Below are positions 45,701-50,665 of a stretch of 53,565 bases of DNA, piece by piece. This stretch comes from a virus (taxonomy: Duplodnaviria > Caudoviricetes): positions 1 to 53,565 of IMG/VR virus record IMGVR_UViG_3300027728_001630; one strand, 5' to 3'. The notes beneath the pieces were generated by a model. That model saw only the letters and a list, made by a program, of their open reading frames with translations. It was not told where the DNA came from and made no database searches. Made by a program: the position numbers and the translations under genes. The first letter of the stretch is position 1. Every line of letters begins with the position of its first letter.

Positions 45701-48354
45701 AGGGCGACAACCGCCGCAAGATGATCTTCCGTTTCAAGGGCTCGACCAGAGATTTCGTCAACCCGATCGAGTCGATCGTGGCCGACGTGTACCGGACGAA
45801 AGCTCGGATCGAGCTCAACGATGTGATCGGTTCGCTTGATCGGCTTGCCCAAGCGGCAGGTCCCAACGGTGGGCGGATCGCAGAGCGCATTCCGCGCACC
45901 GACATGCGCGCTCGGGATCTGGCCATCGACGGCGTCGTCGAAAAGATGAAGAGCGAAGCGCAGAAGATCATCGCTAAAACAGGCCTTAACCCGTGGGACG
46001 CCCAACTGCTGCTTGACGATCTCGACCAGATGATGGACGCGGAAGCCTCAAAGACTCTGTTCCAGGCCGTTGAAACCTCCAGCAGACTCGGCGAGCGGAT
46101 CGTCTACCTTTGGGAGGACGGCAAGCGCGTCCCGATCTTGCTTGGTGCAGATCAACTCGGCGAGGACATCTTCAATATCTTCACGTCAGTCGGTAAGCCC
46201 GGGGAGCTTGACTACGGCCTGGAATCGGTGGTCTTCTTCACGCAAGCATTCCGCGCGGGCGTCACCAAGTCGCCGGCCTACGTCGTCGTCAACTGGTTCC
46301 GCGATCAGATGGCTACGTGGGTGTTGTCTCGCGACTTCACGCCGTTCTGGACGGGCTTGAAGGGTCTCGACATCATGAGCCGGGGCGGTGCGGTCGGTGC
46401 TGCCGCTGGATTTGCGGCGGGCGCTGCCGCTGGAATCGCAACCGGTGGCGTGGCGATCGCTGCTCTACCGCTGCTCGGCGCAGCCGGTGGCGCTATCGCA
46501 GGATCAAAGTCGAATGTCGTCGCCACGCCACAGACCAGCAAGGACGCTCAAGCGCGGTACGACTACTTCGCCGGCATGATGGGCGGAATCGACGCCAACC
46601 TGATCGACACGGTGGGCCAAGGTCGAGACGTGATGCAGCTTCGCAAGAGCGGGTTCACAGCGGCGCCGACCACGTGGCAATCCATGCTTCGCACCATGGA
46701 GATCACCGAAGCGGCCAGCCGTATAGGCCACATGGAGCAGGCCTACCAGCGCATGCTGCGAGATGGCATGACCGAGGAAGAGGCCGCATTCGAGGCCGCG
46801 TTCAACTCGCACGACGTGATGGACTTCTCGCGCCGCGGCTCCCGGATGATGACCGTGTCGCGCTTGGTGGCGTTCCTGAACGCCCAGATGCAAGGTCTGT
46901 CGGCTGCGCTGCGCACCATGCGCGGGGAGCGCGACACCTACGTCAACATGCGAGACGCGATCACGCCCTACATCAAGGCGACGCAGGGCATGCCGCTGTC
47001 GATCGGCGAGAAGGAAGCGTTGCCGAACTCGCAGCGCATTTACCTCAAGATGGCGTCGATCGGCCTGATCGGCTTGGCGTTGATATTGCTCTACCAGGAC
47101 GACCCGGAGCATGAAGAACTGCGCAAGGGCGACATGGCGATCACCCACTGGTTCTTCAAAGCAAACGGCGTGTGGTGGCGCTTGCCGAAGCCGTTCGAGC
47201 TGGCCGTATTCTCCAACCTGTTTGAGGCGATGTTCGACGGGTTGGTCAAGCAAGACCCGATGGCTAAACAGCGGTTCGCTAAGTCGCTCCGCGAGATGCT
47301 TCTGGTCGCACCAGAGATCCCAACGTTCCGAACCATCGAAACGATCTACAACACGTTGATCACGACGCCACTTGATAGCATTACCGGCAAGAGCCAATAC
47401 GACCGAAACAAGAGCGATTTACCGCTGCGCCTGCAGGGTCTGCCGCCTGAAATGCAGTACGATGCCTACTCGTCAGAGTTTTCCAAGCTGTTGGCTCGGA
47501 ACTTCGGGATGTCGCCATACAAAACGGACAACTTAATCAAGGCGATGTTTGCCAGTGTCGGTCGCGACATGCTGACTGCCACCGATGCGATCATCCCAGC
47601 GCTCGGCTTCTCTAAGGGCCGGACGTCGGACAAGTCGTTCGAGGACTATGTGTTCATCTCGCGGATCGCCCGGCGGTCTTCGCGCGGCGCTTACTCGACG
47701 TCAAACTTCTGGGCGGAGATGACCGCGGATGGCGGGCGGTATGTGATGGCAGCCAAGGGCTACGAGCGGTTCATCAAGGAGATCAAGTCACCACGCGAAG
47801 CGCAGGAATTCCTGCAGCGCCTCGACCCGGACCGCAAGGCCTATGCCCTGCTACAGCACCACTACGAAGAAAAAGATCAGGACATGCACCCGCTCAACCG
47901 GGCACGGCAGGTGATCTCGGCGATCACGGGGCTTCGCCGACAGATGGCCGACGATACGCTCTATGTCGAGAAGTCGAACAAGAAAGGCCGCGACGCCGAG
48001 AAGATTGTGAACCCGGCCTCGACGCAACGGGTGGTCAACGAGATCCTCGAAGAAATGTCTATGCGGGAGGCGCGCAACGCCCAGATCGTGCTCGGCAAGC
48101 CAGGCTGGGCCAATAGCAACGAAATGCGGACAGAGGGTCTGTGGAGCGAGCTGCAAGCCGCTGCGCCGGCCGTTGCCGAAGAATTGTGGTATCGCCTCAC
48201 CAACGGGCGCAACAAGGTCTACAGCTACGATGCCGTCAAAGCCGTATGGCCAGATGTCAAGAAACACTTGTTGACTGAAGAGCCCGATTCTTCGATGGCG
48301 CGCTATCGGATAGACGCTAGGTCGCAGACGCCAAGATCTATGCCACAGCAATAG
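24751..48354 (+). CDS. giant DarB-like polyvalent internal virion protein (N6-MTase, intein-containing SNF2 helicase, JAB-like, LPD23/LPD1-like, HExxH peptidases, 2 GNAT, ART-like, LPD38-like)
   Basis: 7867-aa uninterrupted ORF in the gp16 ejection-protein position; EPSSGVGHF/NVPFG/HDYF; AVGAGKT, DEAH, ATGTP, QRNGRILRQGN; HNHP..S..D; HEFGH...EELFARAFE; YHGT; RQGIAT; PKPFELA. Confidence 0.9.
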   Translation: MTSTTDSMDEMPPSFRDAEPAADQGQFSTPSVVSTTGDDGTPPSLAGAAPGPSGASAPNFFSPTVESAAPNFFSPTFESAKADGSLDDVIYSKLIQADTDRVTKGERLIDGLFGYFGVADPSRQAEIIAGKEAELKAMSTMDMLGLIPSPARLLYGIATSGSTKPIPEALAEVLASQMGGTLAASRKKTSDIITAARKNPERGITDDTVFGVARAAADAGIQSVVDIPVSVVEGIGIGASVAGWSFGAADRVEDNSVQAVARWARAQAKAAFPGDPLRQEDFAVMLAQGVGSTAGFYGVHAGAMAAGLKTLPAMLVTGTIGGLATSPQTYNDALKSRKEGREVSELALALAYGGGLALGGAEALPIAFNIPLPAVAKSRVMALLQTVGREAAEEGAQELVQSVGQDLLAYYLHDPTRRVGDDASMSMLVGALSGGGIKAATFASKAARDRAVEEARQAGGMPPVATQATPQASPKTPGKGVIDLEALGNGFPAPQTPAPAASTLAPEDRLQFSDIRDSLPKNERGDGDTAYLYQLTEHLTGKRYWNTLDDAEREIVFGALRQPDFGRSLLAVDPAQVQAAAAGAVPTATSAATSQSAPPGRAASPAQTPAAPAAAGRSPATAPAQDLLPAGKVPDAAMVKQVQRETAEADEVAVLERARETSVPPPPGEDGQVYTLGSSQEFDRALNAANRELATAQAALEVAEANMNAAKPAKKRSAGNAFVAARTAVEDIELEIDGLTKGREQAAAAEAAQGDMFDPAVQAAQALYDAKRPAADWSVEAIVAGAATGLVRIDPEGVPRRAAEPEGPEFDPVAAELDDARRKMNQIARAAGGKLRPARFGEMHADGDPVAIRMLVEGLRAMPEAALTERFGDVARLTRARNHEVKVARVAQGLMAAELAAQDEDYKLSSQARDLIEQTVEDAFKAVPVEETVEKVAVDTGIAAVIDEVEKVTKHIDPVDVARTVGGMKVIVNSLNLDDLRAQYDAEDAEKARSLPEAGTLSGEEVDSIVDTWTYVQEMRKVPKPQRLNSFLRDLGGIVDEGGEISAILGKKRNSGGLINGSGIPLDEAARRAWDAGFITTAQRPGIATFLDVLRDDLNDSPVVRLSDISIFDDIEVAVEMGNELAELGVYDAKTESEVRARLASPRAPVAASESRSGAVGGAQGSGEALGNLAETFADAAKVASPATLVVEALSQQIPVESVTSSPGITTIVMGFDRLNDKTGVRAPDKTADEIVSEVQPATATAPTSNAVVTPADGWRDNLVKTRAYVKDLGIPWSEAQKVWGDQQALFDLIDRTANQGTWKEQFRDANAIMKLDDAGDVIGSVMFDGKSWAALDAEGGVIGRASSPAGAKILVNLAASPAAASGTGLKPGTPEFDQAAQAARSVMDSASVTPEAERGFNLAMQAARAFALRNGKKTGNEYGVMGFPNGKTKANSVPASARKASQLRVDEITAPEMYLGAPNSVDFHHNHPGSTSFSRADYTHAAPRQALRRTWVHGHNGSEYWAEFVVRDPVILGQAWDIANEATKGALGSDIDLPKFRTHLVAQMMREGGVIRYDAVAGFEYAAAVRTEQRLRQAMGDTWTETVAAIAALKETADGVLDRPARPSGPVGDVAGTPGRPADDPGPGPGRATSDPRSAEPDRREVGAIPSNDITVARTDESLVDGLIATYDKPVSDAARAHAVALERVGTDTKLFHDLKAKIGKLVKADIDAVSWLYGKAAPKRTKALQLDTIEAEFQKRIGTEADAATLSGNRAIVTRDTEANATDRRRAERDRRVRASETPVLDGIIPRDLQGDGEGQDAGGSSRGDGDRGEGDVRPDARSAESGSDEGTGVPGESGASAAGSDRGKRDRDERSDTGAAILAAKRQADKERKDRRRENYRITENDPIGEGGPKEKVRANIAAIRLVKELAESPDRKPTLAEKGVLVRYVGWGAFAQDVFATHKSEWAKERQELIDLMTAEEYASASASTLNAHYTSRSVIDAMWAAVEHLGFTGGRALEPSSGVGHFIGLTPSNLAKQIDWTAVELDTITGKIAKYLYEGSDVRISGFEKTNLPPNFFDLAISNVPFGNFTLTDRKYSKLLIHDYFFAKGLDLVRPGGIVGFITSAGTMDKPSTTARRLIASKADLVGAIRLPGGRTGAFAGNAGTEVTTDIIFLRKRLEGQEQSPETREFLDSVTVETPDGPTKINAYFAKRPEMMLGEMRLTGSMYRDKSPVLVGSTDNIKQRIIDAAQKMPANVFVERGTETVDIGDTKELSDAAVKEGAFFLKGGKLFQNVLGQAVAQNATGAKLKRARMLLDMRDIVNDIMAIQSGRGKGKAESLPALRKKLNTAYDAFVKAFGPINKKTISIQKRKIKGEEREITIVKFPNLADFRDDPDSYKVSAIENYDAENDTATKAAIFSADILQQYVRPDITGPDDALAVSLNETGKVDIKRIAEMMQTSEDEAAANLGERVFLNPDGEKHEISAVYLSGDVVGKLEQATAAAEINPAFRRNVTALEAVQPTKLSRVDIRTTFGAPWIPAEVLNAYIANVLNIRGEVRFEPITSSWIWTSANVYTTPSGQAAWGTTRAEADDIVIAALNSKKITVYDKDEKGNPVANRTATEDVAAKVRAVSEAFTGDPTLGMPGWVWEDEARAQMLEDLYNDKFNRLVTTVFDGSHLTLPGLATSIALPNGQTVPFSLRKHQKDVIWRAILTGNVLMDHAVGAGKTYAMIAAGMEMKRLGLIRRPMYTVPNHMLEQFSREFLQAYPNAKILVAEKKYMEAKNRKAFAARIAADNWDAIIITHSAFGKLPMSPEAYKEFLEEQKAEIVEAWLTAKGEAEDNGKPSRDPTVKQIERKKKAIKAKLDKLMATDKKDAGVEFEELGVDFLIVDEAHCFPSETLVDTDRGQVSIGEIVENKLPVRVRSVDHATGETVWRPVTQFWKYQKQQKKLVVIHTSSGQKVTCTTNHHVFVDGRGYVEAKTIVAGDAVRILRSGVSSRGLMGGQDREVLQHRVQSHGYAEAATRQNLSDVRFDVRSGTGNFADRAEVLQHRVLPLAPRDQRSADSVSLRDVQSGIHAGRARARWSRSEILLEAVQGSRAPQASGEDVRGLFQAVHLPQQRIDQQREETVLLRLLFGPMADGTAGSDRVVGGSNARRHEAEMEDGQGIRTARIASIIGSNEAAESNAMRSHSVPDGEVAFWSDVSGSGWQRTDDQATDYVGRGVGRGTDRVCDFNQAGAWAVPIAPEQLQGRRGLAEHPAGYRSGRALSSHEEVEVPGSTENRDTECSRVVRVEVLEPGSADEPASCCRPDQFVYDIGVEGEHNYFADGVLVHNSYKNLDYQSRHSNIKGIGVKGSERATDLFMKIRHIEKTKPGRSTIFATGTPMSRSMAEVYTMQRYLQSATLREYGIEKFDTWAATFGMAVTKTEQGVSLKLKDVTSFSKFINVPELSALYSRVTSSVTANDLNLARPELKGGQPQVVLAEMDTAQSQATDELIAKMEALKGPAEKGEDNHLSLFTKMLQVATDIRLYDPSAEFNPNGKIAKVVDNVFKIYSEGKAPALGQLIFSDMGPPSSRSKAAPAKKPRDAGDESAIDKIRDSLMVDSDDDADGDPDAEGNAEIESMLEGKFNLYQDIKDRLVARGVPAKEIAFIHDAKNDQQKAEMFKAMRAGKIRILLGSTAKMGVGTNVQRLLTALHHIDAPWNPADDEQRNGRILRQGNENKEISIFRYVTEGSADAYRWQILARKAEFIAQFRAGARGLRDAEDIDSPIPEASTLKALATGDTRIVEFAELTRELRVMEAAKRGHERTYISAALLLAETRAELAYREKALARYVQDAPLVTDLRGDAFKVRLDTGTLNGEVTERKAAGEAIRSQILAEMKNHRGRDANEIELGAMSGFKMVASARKSDNGIVVRFSLEGAASYQPADGNKVITGESDAVGIVRQFENILIGIPGVRKNTENFIARQTAELPRLEKQSVATPFPRALQFATMKARYEELEAALKPKPPEAPRPSAVSAITADDDDGSMASFVGATDRGDDVFARARAMEEAGKDRYAIWADTMAFRGADGQWLREVDDSQQRADAAPSKGILGLLQSAINMVAGTGRNEPAANLGGADGVGGIADEASDDPEMRDTSPVFGDVLARLTEKRLRMSVEERRARPPWEDYDVPEADQVVVDATERAQFSAASILFETEGFQRVSPLKPGTALDPIATDKPGPLLRELQQFGFAEVQMAKSDSARRAAADAIKALRLISEVTGLAPASLGRSAPTVLVFDTAADANASFTSGRLFGMQVAPFEMTVDDGVGGRAVVHEFGHMVDSLASGTPQREMTSRAPNWRSRVNLLASYGLPMLATGGVPIPGAHLALKALDRTAFNGTLLADRVRTSTPWMSPGVRAGFERVLAVLADGQGVATGVPEAVTRWRESYAAYKSALQEQAYETSSAETIIEDAVAAGDLLRALDNDVETLRFAALDGDTTTIQANSQRLQDQLQAVGDRLEAVTASTDAARDLLVETSALMTVLEKSTAGEAGSPPIVGTYLSRPEELFARAFEHYVAQKAIERGYPKDQIDEIFAGHDIGPFATPGTDASREIIGGFEQIFKAVVTDGRGHLYFTEPPAAAAGPDAQMAELRRTLKRELRNVQGRANGAAVGVDRQSGEVAEGAVGPEGAVEGRAEGARDRAVTAIVSDKQLADAFLSAELRPDAVKVRAVQQGFTTRATGDVSSLEAFPSDGTFGLHAALAPPAPRQSIGERMLAWAGLAPAKVESEPALRIRQMRSIRMPDIVDWHDPAAWATAMATGVYDGPELLTRFVTEWQAVNQPVMPRDVTDHRFSMAMADELSRLGYEAVVYRGADRAERVMVWEPERIRSADDAFHPDAVGEIGLNASEPFVEQDLRDRLNRMLREEGMSEEETTTFDDDGSMASLVPRRTNADGYVLMLPYEAEWGDNRFNPDDAARAKARMREVLDLDPATASWDDLVSGWRDANQIIANMMYFAPDNTVDTIRERAATVSPSANIPYSLLSNYAYLKRLEERRSMAEWQEAYDRNVFFSDTPHAEWQDYITLGRAIANKWMSVGNRPRLSDLVLMGDGLEPKAPKKRKRGARPGEVGETMKSGFYWQSGRLLKEIPDPIFEMGWIAVNNWMRQAGVSVAETTFLEFPMVDTPTTRDEVARLIAKGIFDFKVRVNRWNPERPRTGRGHEDGYDYGGTRAADGPRIPGRGIYLEDRLLFPKRLRGGAEFFLGQFDSYHWNEEGTWSSLRGSIREVPGFGQMLVDEKSQTFFEQSAAAEFSPDRASKFTPETPIDETYVRVMARQILLRAVKENVDSIGISTIETTARIQANASALFFYGQIVPSLQKELRRISGDGSLTLQQIELPKAMGAPKREKPYTVWAVRIPDNVRRQIKANGLPMMNLAPTPAGNQRLTAQAQAKYPAIAADLEQRLRRMLPADVAVEFAHRLFDKRGRERYGQFRPDIKLIEVALSRGADQAMMSGAHEVVHALREADAFTDAEWALLVERARKVGVETAMDRDGVTEAYRDMFKARARKMGLAKPDADAFVQRMMDEELVARLAEQYFGPQKARFGATIDALLQRIGDILDAIAAAFNGQGFMSADAVFRRMERGALAKRVQPTRPGPARSTLKTTNADDVRAVSDLWSQAALADGDNLSSMEKAENIVEVQAFLRSFKPVRRPITAKLDVVAASGGSNVTYFVVPKGRDAYDRGGSRQSVAEFIVKPARRKAVRGVEVTNASVTADYQRQGIATAVYDMIAEDMASVGGLSPTTSDSLEPGGRAFWSARDPNLELDSDEDRRFAAMMFDAMRGETSASLTARPIVMSQSVAEAAVDLGAGRRVASDPQQINRVLRLAATEMKVVPDNVQIGAVQLLTPVFSDGKFTGLVDVRVAGPGGRSAGTFRIAWNVIRNSSAVYHRQSRTILFNTIPGVVENQAKAVPGEVWHESVHSLWDTAIVGEVRDRLLGHAKLLKVLDIDISTYSQAKGSTKRHAAGSVLEAYDAHYAGLSDKADRIDQEYVAFMMELYKVGFFTRAELEPVIDLVDAFEQGLLTAQGEAVERDQVMAAIVDADTGRSMRRDLDALGYYSGALEAAKGLKQAKGTPEQMLAQLKAGGAKQNEIEATNLAQFLDGKKSVTRDEIVNHLTQNRVGVKEVVNKRGETPSGARGFRDDTGNTFDKDQTGFTLFPLTEKVKASVRDDGLPMFALAGNGDQNAEQPDMTPTTRPFAMEGYEGSVTTTPKQDGLRTRVYTVSTDGQMQARIALSEREPNLWEIIGVRLDKAQHGKGLALRAIEAIERDAGAQVSADGIITPETYQQIAAVAPDSVRFHVRTGAAFDGLYMPHRAIEMMRNAAADAAVASPTDDAARDREALRGSEATVPDDAYRVDRIIAGMERQGLDMSPGARKARAEEMGFDTATTWYHGTAAKFDAFDPAIGSTPGIWMTLNKKAASGFGDVGSYFIKAQKFGSMQDFMAARVGVAKTGLEPGSREFSQAVVDRLVSQGFDGIRDAKFKGAGGVGEDVVMMLRPENIRSVNADFDPNETDSDNILAALAPIQQPPVPRPRPPQLPQLGDTTKSDTQAPEQGLSDLIAMLKEAIGIEERRGRLNPGLKAAMGRLGAKLYGQFSRRTGIVRTAIPNDIQTLAHQGGHALETNAELAPYIEALKQVHFAELVPLATPGNDQLSEGWAEFFRLYVIDPTTARTMAPGITREFRNMLEKNRPEMLTALDAVQVGYAALQAASPAGVVKSRVQSTVRPTTKIGKAAEEIREKGFRGATSDWLYQATTGLLDDKNPLKVAVKFLIEEATRNLGSQIKAGEQVVIKALNDPYKLARMMEHARVHATAILRRGVVGKGRTLPRGPSMQDVLTEAFGGAGNAQWNEDMAQTFGAFLVSRRMNAEWDRFDNGFLDAPPDHLISRQAWANAQNDLEKAYPQFRKAARMLDQFNANLLELKFQNGFLTQDQYDDFRFRDGYVPLQRIMDQDGPSSLNAKGDNRRKMIFRFKGSTRDFVNPIESIVADVYRTKARIELNDVIGSLDRLAQAAGPNGGRIAERIPRTDMRARDLAIDGVVEKMKSEAQKIIAKTGLNPWDAQLLLDDLDQMMDAEASKTLFQAVETSSRLGERIVYLWEDGKRVPILLGADQLGEDIFNIFTSVGKPGELDYGLESVVFFTQAFRAGVTKSPAYVVVNWFRDQMATWVLSRDFTPFWTGLKGLDIMSRGGAVGAAAGFAAGAAAGIATGGVAIAALPLLGAAGGAIAGSKSNVVATPQTSKDAQARYDYFAGMMGGIDANLIDTVGQGRDVMQLRKSGFTAAPTTWQSMLRTMEITEAASRIGHMEQAYQRMLRDGMTEEEAAFEAAFNSHDVMDFSRRGSRMMTVSRLVAFLNAQMQGLSAALRTMRGERDTYVNMRDAITPYIKATQGMPLSIGEKEALPNSQRIYLKMASIGLIGLALILLYQDDPEHEELRKGDMAITHWFFKANGVWWRLPKPFELAVFSNLFEAMFDGLVKQDPMAKQRFAKSLREMLLVAPEIPTFRTIETIYNTLITTPLDSITGKSQYDRNKSDLPLRLQGLPPEMQYDAYSSEFSKLLARNFGMSPYKTDNLIKAMFASVGRDMLTATDAIIPALGFSKGRTSDKSFEDYVFISRIARRSSRGAYSTSNFWAEMTADGGRYVMAAKGYERFIKEIKSPREAQEFLQRLDPDRKAYALLQHHYEEKDQDMHPLNRARQVISAITGLRRQMADDTLYVEKSNKKGRDAEKIVNPASTQRVVNEILEEMSMREARNAQIVLGKPGWANSNEMRTEGLWSELQAAAPAVAEELWYRLTNGRNKVYSYDAVKAVWPDVKKHLLTEEPDSSMARYRIDARSQTPRSMPQQ
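28145..28300 (+). CDS. nested +1-frame basic small protein (MPKPKAKSAR...RTPQK, 51 aa)
   Basis: AGGGGT RBS-like motif upstream; mostly G/C-ending codons in +1 frame; host frame is a linker here. Confidence 0.45.
   Translation: MPKPKAKSARVSPAPEPLSLRAKAEVGRSVVRKVLAKRSGTSPKPSRTPQK
29546..29851 (+). CDS. nested +1-frame small acidic protein (MAYWIDPPDPLDPLEMWQGHLEDLL...)
   Basis: AAGGAG 7 nt upstream of ATG; GC3 shifts to +1 frame over about 29546-29700. Confidence 0.65.
   Translation: MAYWIDPPDPLDPLEMWQGHLEDLLTIQDPDPDVQQAILEAQNQIAEKSGQSQATTSPLPGPTSPSSTASLPLTTSPSAMPPEPMPSPLNELEPTPSYSTT
30047..30481 (+). CDS. nested +1-frame TnpV-like protein
   Basis: Y.R.RRRFL.E..P..F..M.....L..HL.E....A.EM.D......AS EIV..EVI matches the TnpV pattern as recalled; GC3 shift; AGGGA/GAGG upstream. 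Confidence 0.7.
   Translation: MQLTDAEQREIDGYARARRRFLMESSPETFKAMEKAKTLEGHLEETAIEAKEMFDLTHARLKAEAMKEQEFQARVELLQQAPIVASEIVMSEVILVLPSSQPSAKPIKSEKTVDAKTTGSPKTTPSAKAVPKKKSAPTSPPSGS
33385..34704 (+). mobile_element. intein (440 aa, residues 2879-3318) in the helicase DEAH motif
   Basis: VDEAH|CFPSETLVDTDRG (block A), TTNH (block B), VYDIGVEGEHNYFADG (block F), VLVHN|S (block G); splicing restores DEAHSYKNL. Confidence 0.92.
33632..34696 (+). CDS. Zn-finger repeat plus DUF559/Vsr-like endonuclease encoded in the +1 frame inside the intein
   Basis: Four CxxC...(Y/F)CSxxC repeats; YKVDVALP..RLAIEVDGLSH...D..K...L...GWSVLRFSN.EV; GGACGGGG upstream of ATG 33632. Confidence 0.85.
   Translation: MSRPRLSLPGMPCASCGVAFRPADSWAAKTAKYCSTACKAMGMRKPRPDRTCQMCGLTFAQEQATSRTVQKFCSIGCYHSHQEISAAPIVLACETCSREFTPVARGQGGRAQRFCSKPCKGLAHRKPVAKTCEVCSKPFIFRSSGSTNNAKRRFCSGSCSARWRMAQPGRTELSAAPMHAAMKQKWKTDKEFVQRVSQASSDRMRLRNPMRCEATRSRMAKSLSGRTFLARGGNGQTTKPQIMLAEALGAAPIEFAISTKPVRGQFPSLPSNYKVDVALPSIRLAIEVDGLSHRTRKWKFLDRRKTEILNALGWSVLRFSNQEVLTNLQAVVDQINSFTTSASRESTTTSPTAS
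38627..38956 (+). CDS. nested +1-frame small helical protein (MSKAEPMALLSGLIARAEKLPKG...)
   Basis: AAGGGA RBS; GC3 shift over about 38627-38750; amphipathic helix-turn-helix-like core. Confidence 0.55.
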   Translation: MSKAEPMALLSGLIARAEKLPKGRSDRKALLRDAQKALEIALSPPSSATSNLPMPSSRPNSGRTPSRFAPSSKGSRPGQPATSAASKPSPATAPSDSMPPSLRQPPVKA

Positions 48355-48439
48355 GGGCTTGCGCCCGTCCGGCAAATCACTTAGCCGGATCAAGCGCAGA
48401 GGGGTCTGACGCCACACAATGCCACCGGAGGCATGTGTA

Positions 48440-50665
48440 ATGGCGCTCAGTGCTGCGATCCCCCGTGTCGTCTACACCGGAACCGGCTCGGTCGCGGCGT
48501 TCGCCGTTCAGGACGCCAACAGTGTTGGCATTTACTTTGCCGCAAATTCCGAGATCAAAGTCTCGCGCCGTGTCGTCGCGACTGACGTTGAAACCGCGCT
48601 CGTCGAGGGCGTCGACTATACGCTCACGGGTGCAGGCACCGCATCGGGCACGCTCACACTATCGGGCGGAAACCTCGCAACCGGCACCAAGCTGATCATC
48701 CGGCGCGAGACGACGCTGGACCAACCCGACGACTTCGCCACAAATGGTAACTTCTCGGCGGCAACGCACAACTCGGTCGCGGCCCGCCATAGGCGCGTCG
48801 ACCAGGAAGTGTCTGACGGGCTGACCCGCGCGCTCAAGCTGGACAATTCTGGCACCAGCTATGACGCCACGAGCAAGCCGATCAAGGCCGTGGCAAGCCT
48901 CCAATTGGTCGAGGGGAGTGCGCCTGCTACGCCACCATCTGGCAGGGGTATCGTCTACACCAAGACGGATGGCAGGCTCTACCACAAGGACGACGGCGGC
49001 ACGGAGACGGACATCTTCGGGCAGGCCGTAGTGGCTGCCGCATCGGCAACAGCAGCGGCTGCGTCGGCGACTGCGGCGGCTGGCTCAGCATCCAGCGCTT
49101 CAACGAGTGCATCGGGCGCGTCCACAAGCGCCACGAATGCTGCCACGTCGGCATCTGACGCCGCGACGAGCGCCTCGGATGCGGCGACGTCAGCATCTGC
49201 GGCGGCAACGAGCGCAACACAATCTGCGGCCAATGCGACCGCTGCCGGGTTTACGTGGGCCTATGCCTCAGCCACGACGATGGACGATCCTGGCACGGCG
49301 GGCATCCGGTTCAACCATGCGACATGGGCCAGCGTCACTGCCATAGCCATATCCGACCTGTCGGCCGACCCAGGCAACCCAGACGTGTCGGCGTTCGTGC
49401 TGGTCTGGGACGACTCGACTAATCCAGTTCGTGGCACGCTCACAATCCGCAAGAAGACGGCGCCTCAACAGTACGTGGTGTTCGACATCATCGCCGCGTC
49501 GACTGACAATACCGGATGGACGCAACTAGCCGTAGCTCATGTCGCGGGAACCCCGACGTTCACTGCTGCAGACGGGCTGTTCGTTGTCCACGCGCGCGCT
49601 GGTGACCCCGGCGCCAACGGTGTTGGCAGCCTTTCAAGCATTTCTCCCGGCGCAGGACTTGCGAGCACGGTCGCCACTGCCGCGCCCGGAAGTGCAATTA
49701 CCAGCACAGGCACGCTCAGCGCGGCGCAGCTGGTCAACGCACAGACCGGAACGACCTATACGGTCCTTGACACGGACCGCGCGAAACTTGTCACGTTCTC
49801 GAACGCATCTTCGATTGCCGTTGCCCTGCCTCAAGCGGGTGCCGCCAGTGCTTTTGCAAGCGGGTGGTTTTGCGACGTCTTCAACGCGGGCTCAACCGTC
49901 GTAACGATCACGCCGACCACAAGCACGATCAACGGCGCGGCCAGCATCACTCTGAATCCGGGACAGTCCGGCCGCATTGTCTCGAACGGCACGAACTACC
50001 GGTACACTGAGGGCGGCGGGTTACGCGGCAACGTGGTGTCTGTGGCCAGTGCTGCCACGTGTGACATCGGGTCTGCGGCGTCGCACCGCGTCTCCGTCAC
50101 CGGCACGACCACCATCACCTCGCTCGGGGCAGCGCCCAATGTCGTGCGTTTTGTGACGTTTACGGGCGCGCTCACGCTCACTCACAACGCGACAACGCTG
50201 ATCCTGCCGGGCGGCACGAGCAGCACAACGGCGGCAGGCGACTCAGCGATCTTTGCCAGCGACGCGTCGGGCAATTGGCGCTGTCTGTCCTACCAGCCTG
50301 CTGTGGGGTACGAGCGGGTCGACACCAACATCGTTCGCGCCAACGCGACAAAAGCGCTGAGCGCTGGCTACTCGGCGACGGCGTTTAACGCCGGCACCAA
50401 ATCATCCGGCACATTCACGCCGGACGAAGCGAGCGGCAACTTCCAGTATGCCGTGAACGGTGGCGCCCACACTCTAGCTCCGCCGACAAACAACTGCACC
50501 ATCATTGTCCAGTATACCAACAACGGCAGTGCGGGTGCCATCACAACAAGTGGATTTACGCGGGTCACGGGCGCAGCGTTCTCGACCGTCAATGGCGACG
50601 ATTTCCTGGCCTACATCACGAAGCACAATGGTTTCTCACTGCTCAACGTGGTGGCCCTGCAATGA
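48440..50665 (+). CDS. tail fibre protein
   Basis: T7 gp17-like N-terminus (YTGTGS...F, L.EGVDYTLTG, IIRRET...Q), Ala/Ser-rich coiled segment, beta-rich C-terminus; GGAGG RBS. Confidence 0.85.
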   Translation: MALSAAIPRVVYTGTGSVAAFAVQDANSVGIYFAANSEIKVSRRVVATDVETALVEGVDYTLTGAGTASGTLTLSGGNLATGTKLIIRRETTLDQPDDFATNGNFSAATHNSVAARHRRVDQEVSDGLTRALKLDNSGTSYDATSKPIKAVASLQLVEGSAPATPPSGRGIVYTKTDGRLYHKDDGGTETDIFGQAVVAAASATAAAASATAAAGSASSASTSASGASTSATNAATSASDAATSASDAATSASAAATSATQSAANATAAGFTWAYASATTMDDPGTAGIRFNHATWASVTAIAISDLSADPGNPDVSAFVLVWDDSTNPVRGTLTIRKKTAPQQYVVFDIIAASTDNTGWTQLAVAHVAGTPTFTAADGLFVVHARAGDPGANGVGSLSSISPGAGLASTVATAAPGSAITSTGTLSAAQLVNAQTGTTYTVLDTDRAKLVTFSNASSIAVALPQAGAASAFASGWFCDVFNAGSTVVTITPTTSTINGAASITLNPGQSGRIVSNGTNYRYTEGGGLRGNVVSVASAATCDIGSAASHRVSVTGTTTITSLGAAPNVVRFVTFTGALTLTHNATTLILPGGTSSTTAAGDSAIFASDASGNWRCLSYQPAVGYERVDTNIVRANATKALSAGYSATAFNAGTKSSGTFTPDEASGNFQYAVNGGAHTLAPPTNNCTIIVQYTNNGSAGAITTSGFTRVTGAAFSTVNGDDFLAYITKHNGFSLLNVVALQ

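Noticed and set aside
49030-49245. Ala/Ser/Thr repeats in the tail fibre
   Set aside because: Ordinary coiled-coil shaft low complexity; no reverse transcriptase or template repeat indicating a DGR was seen in the window
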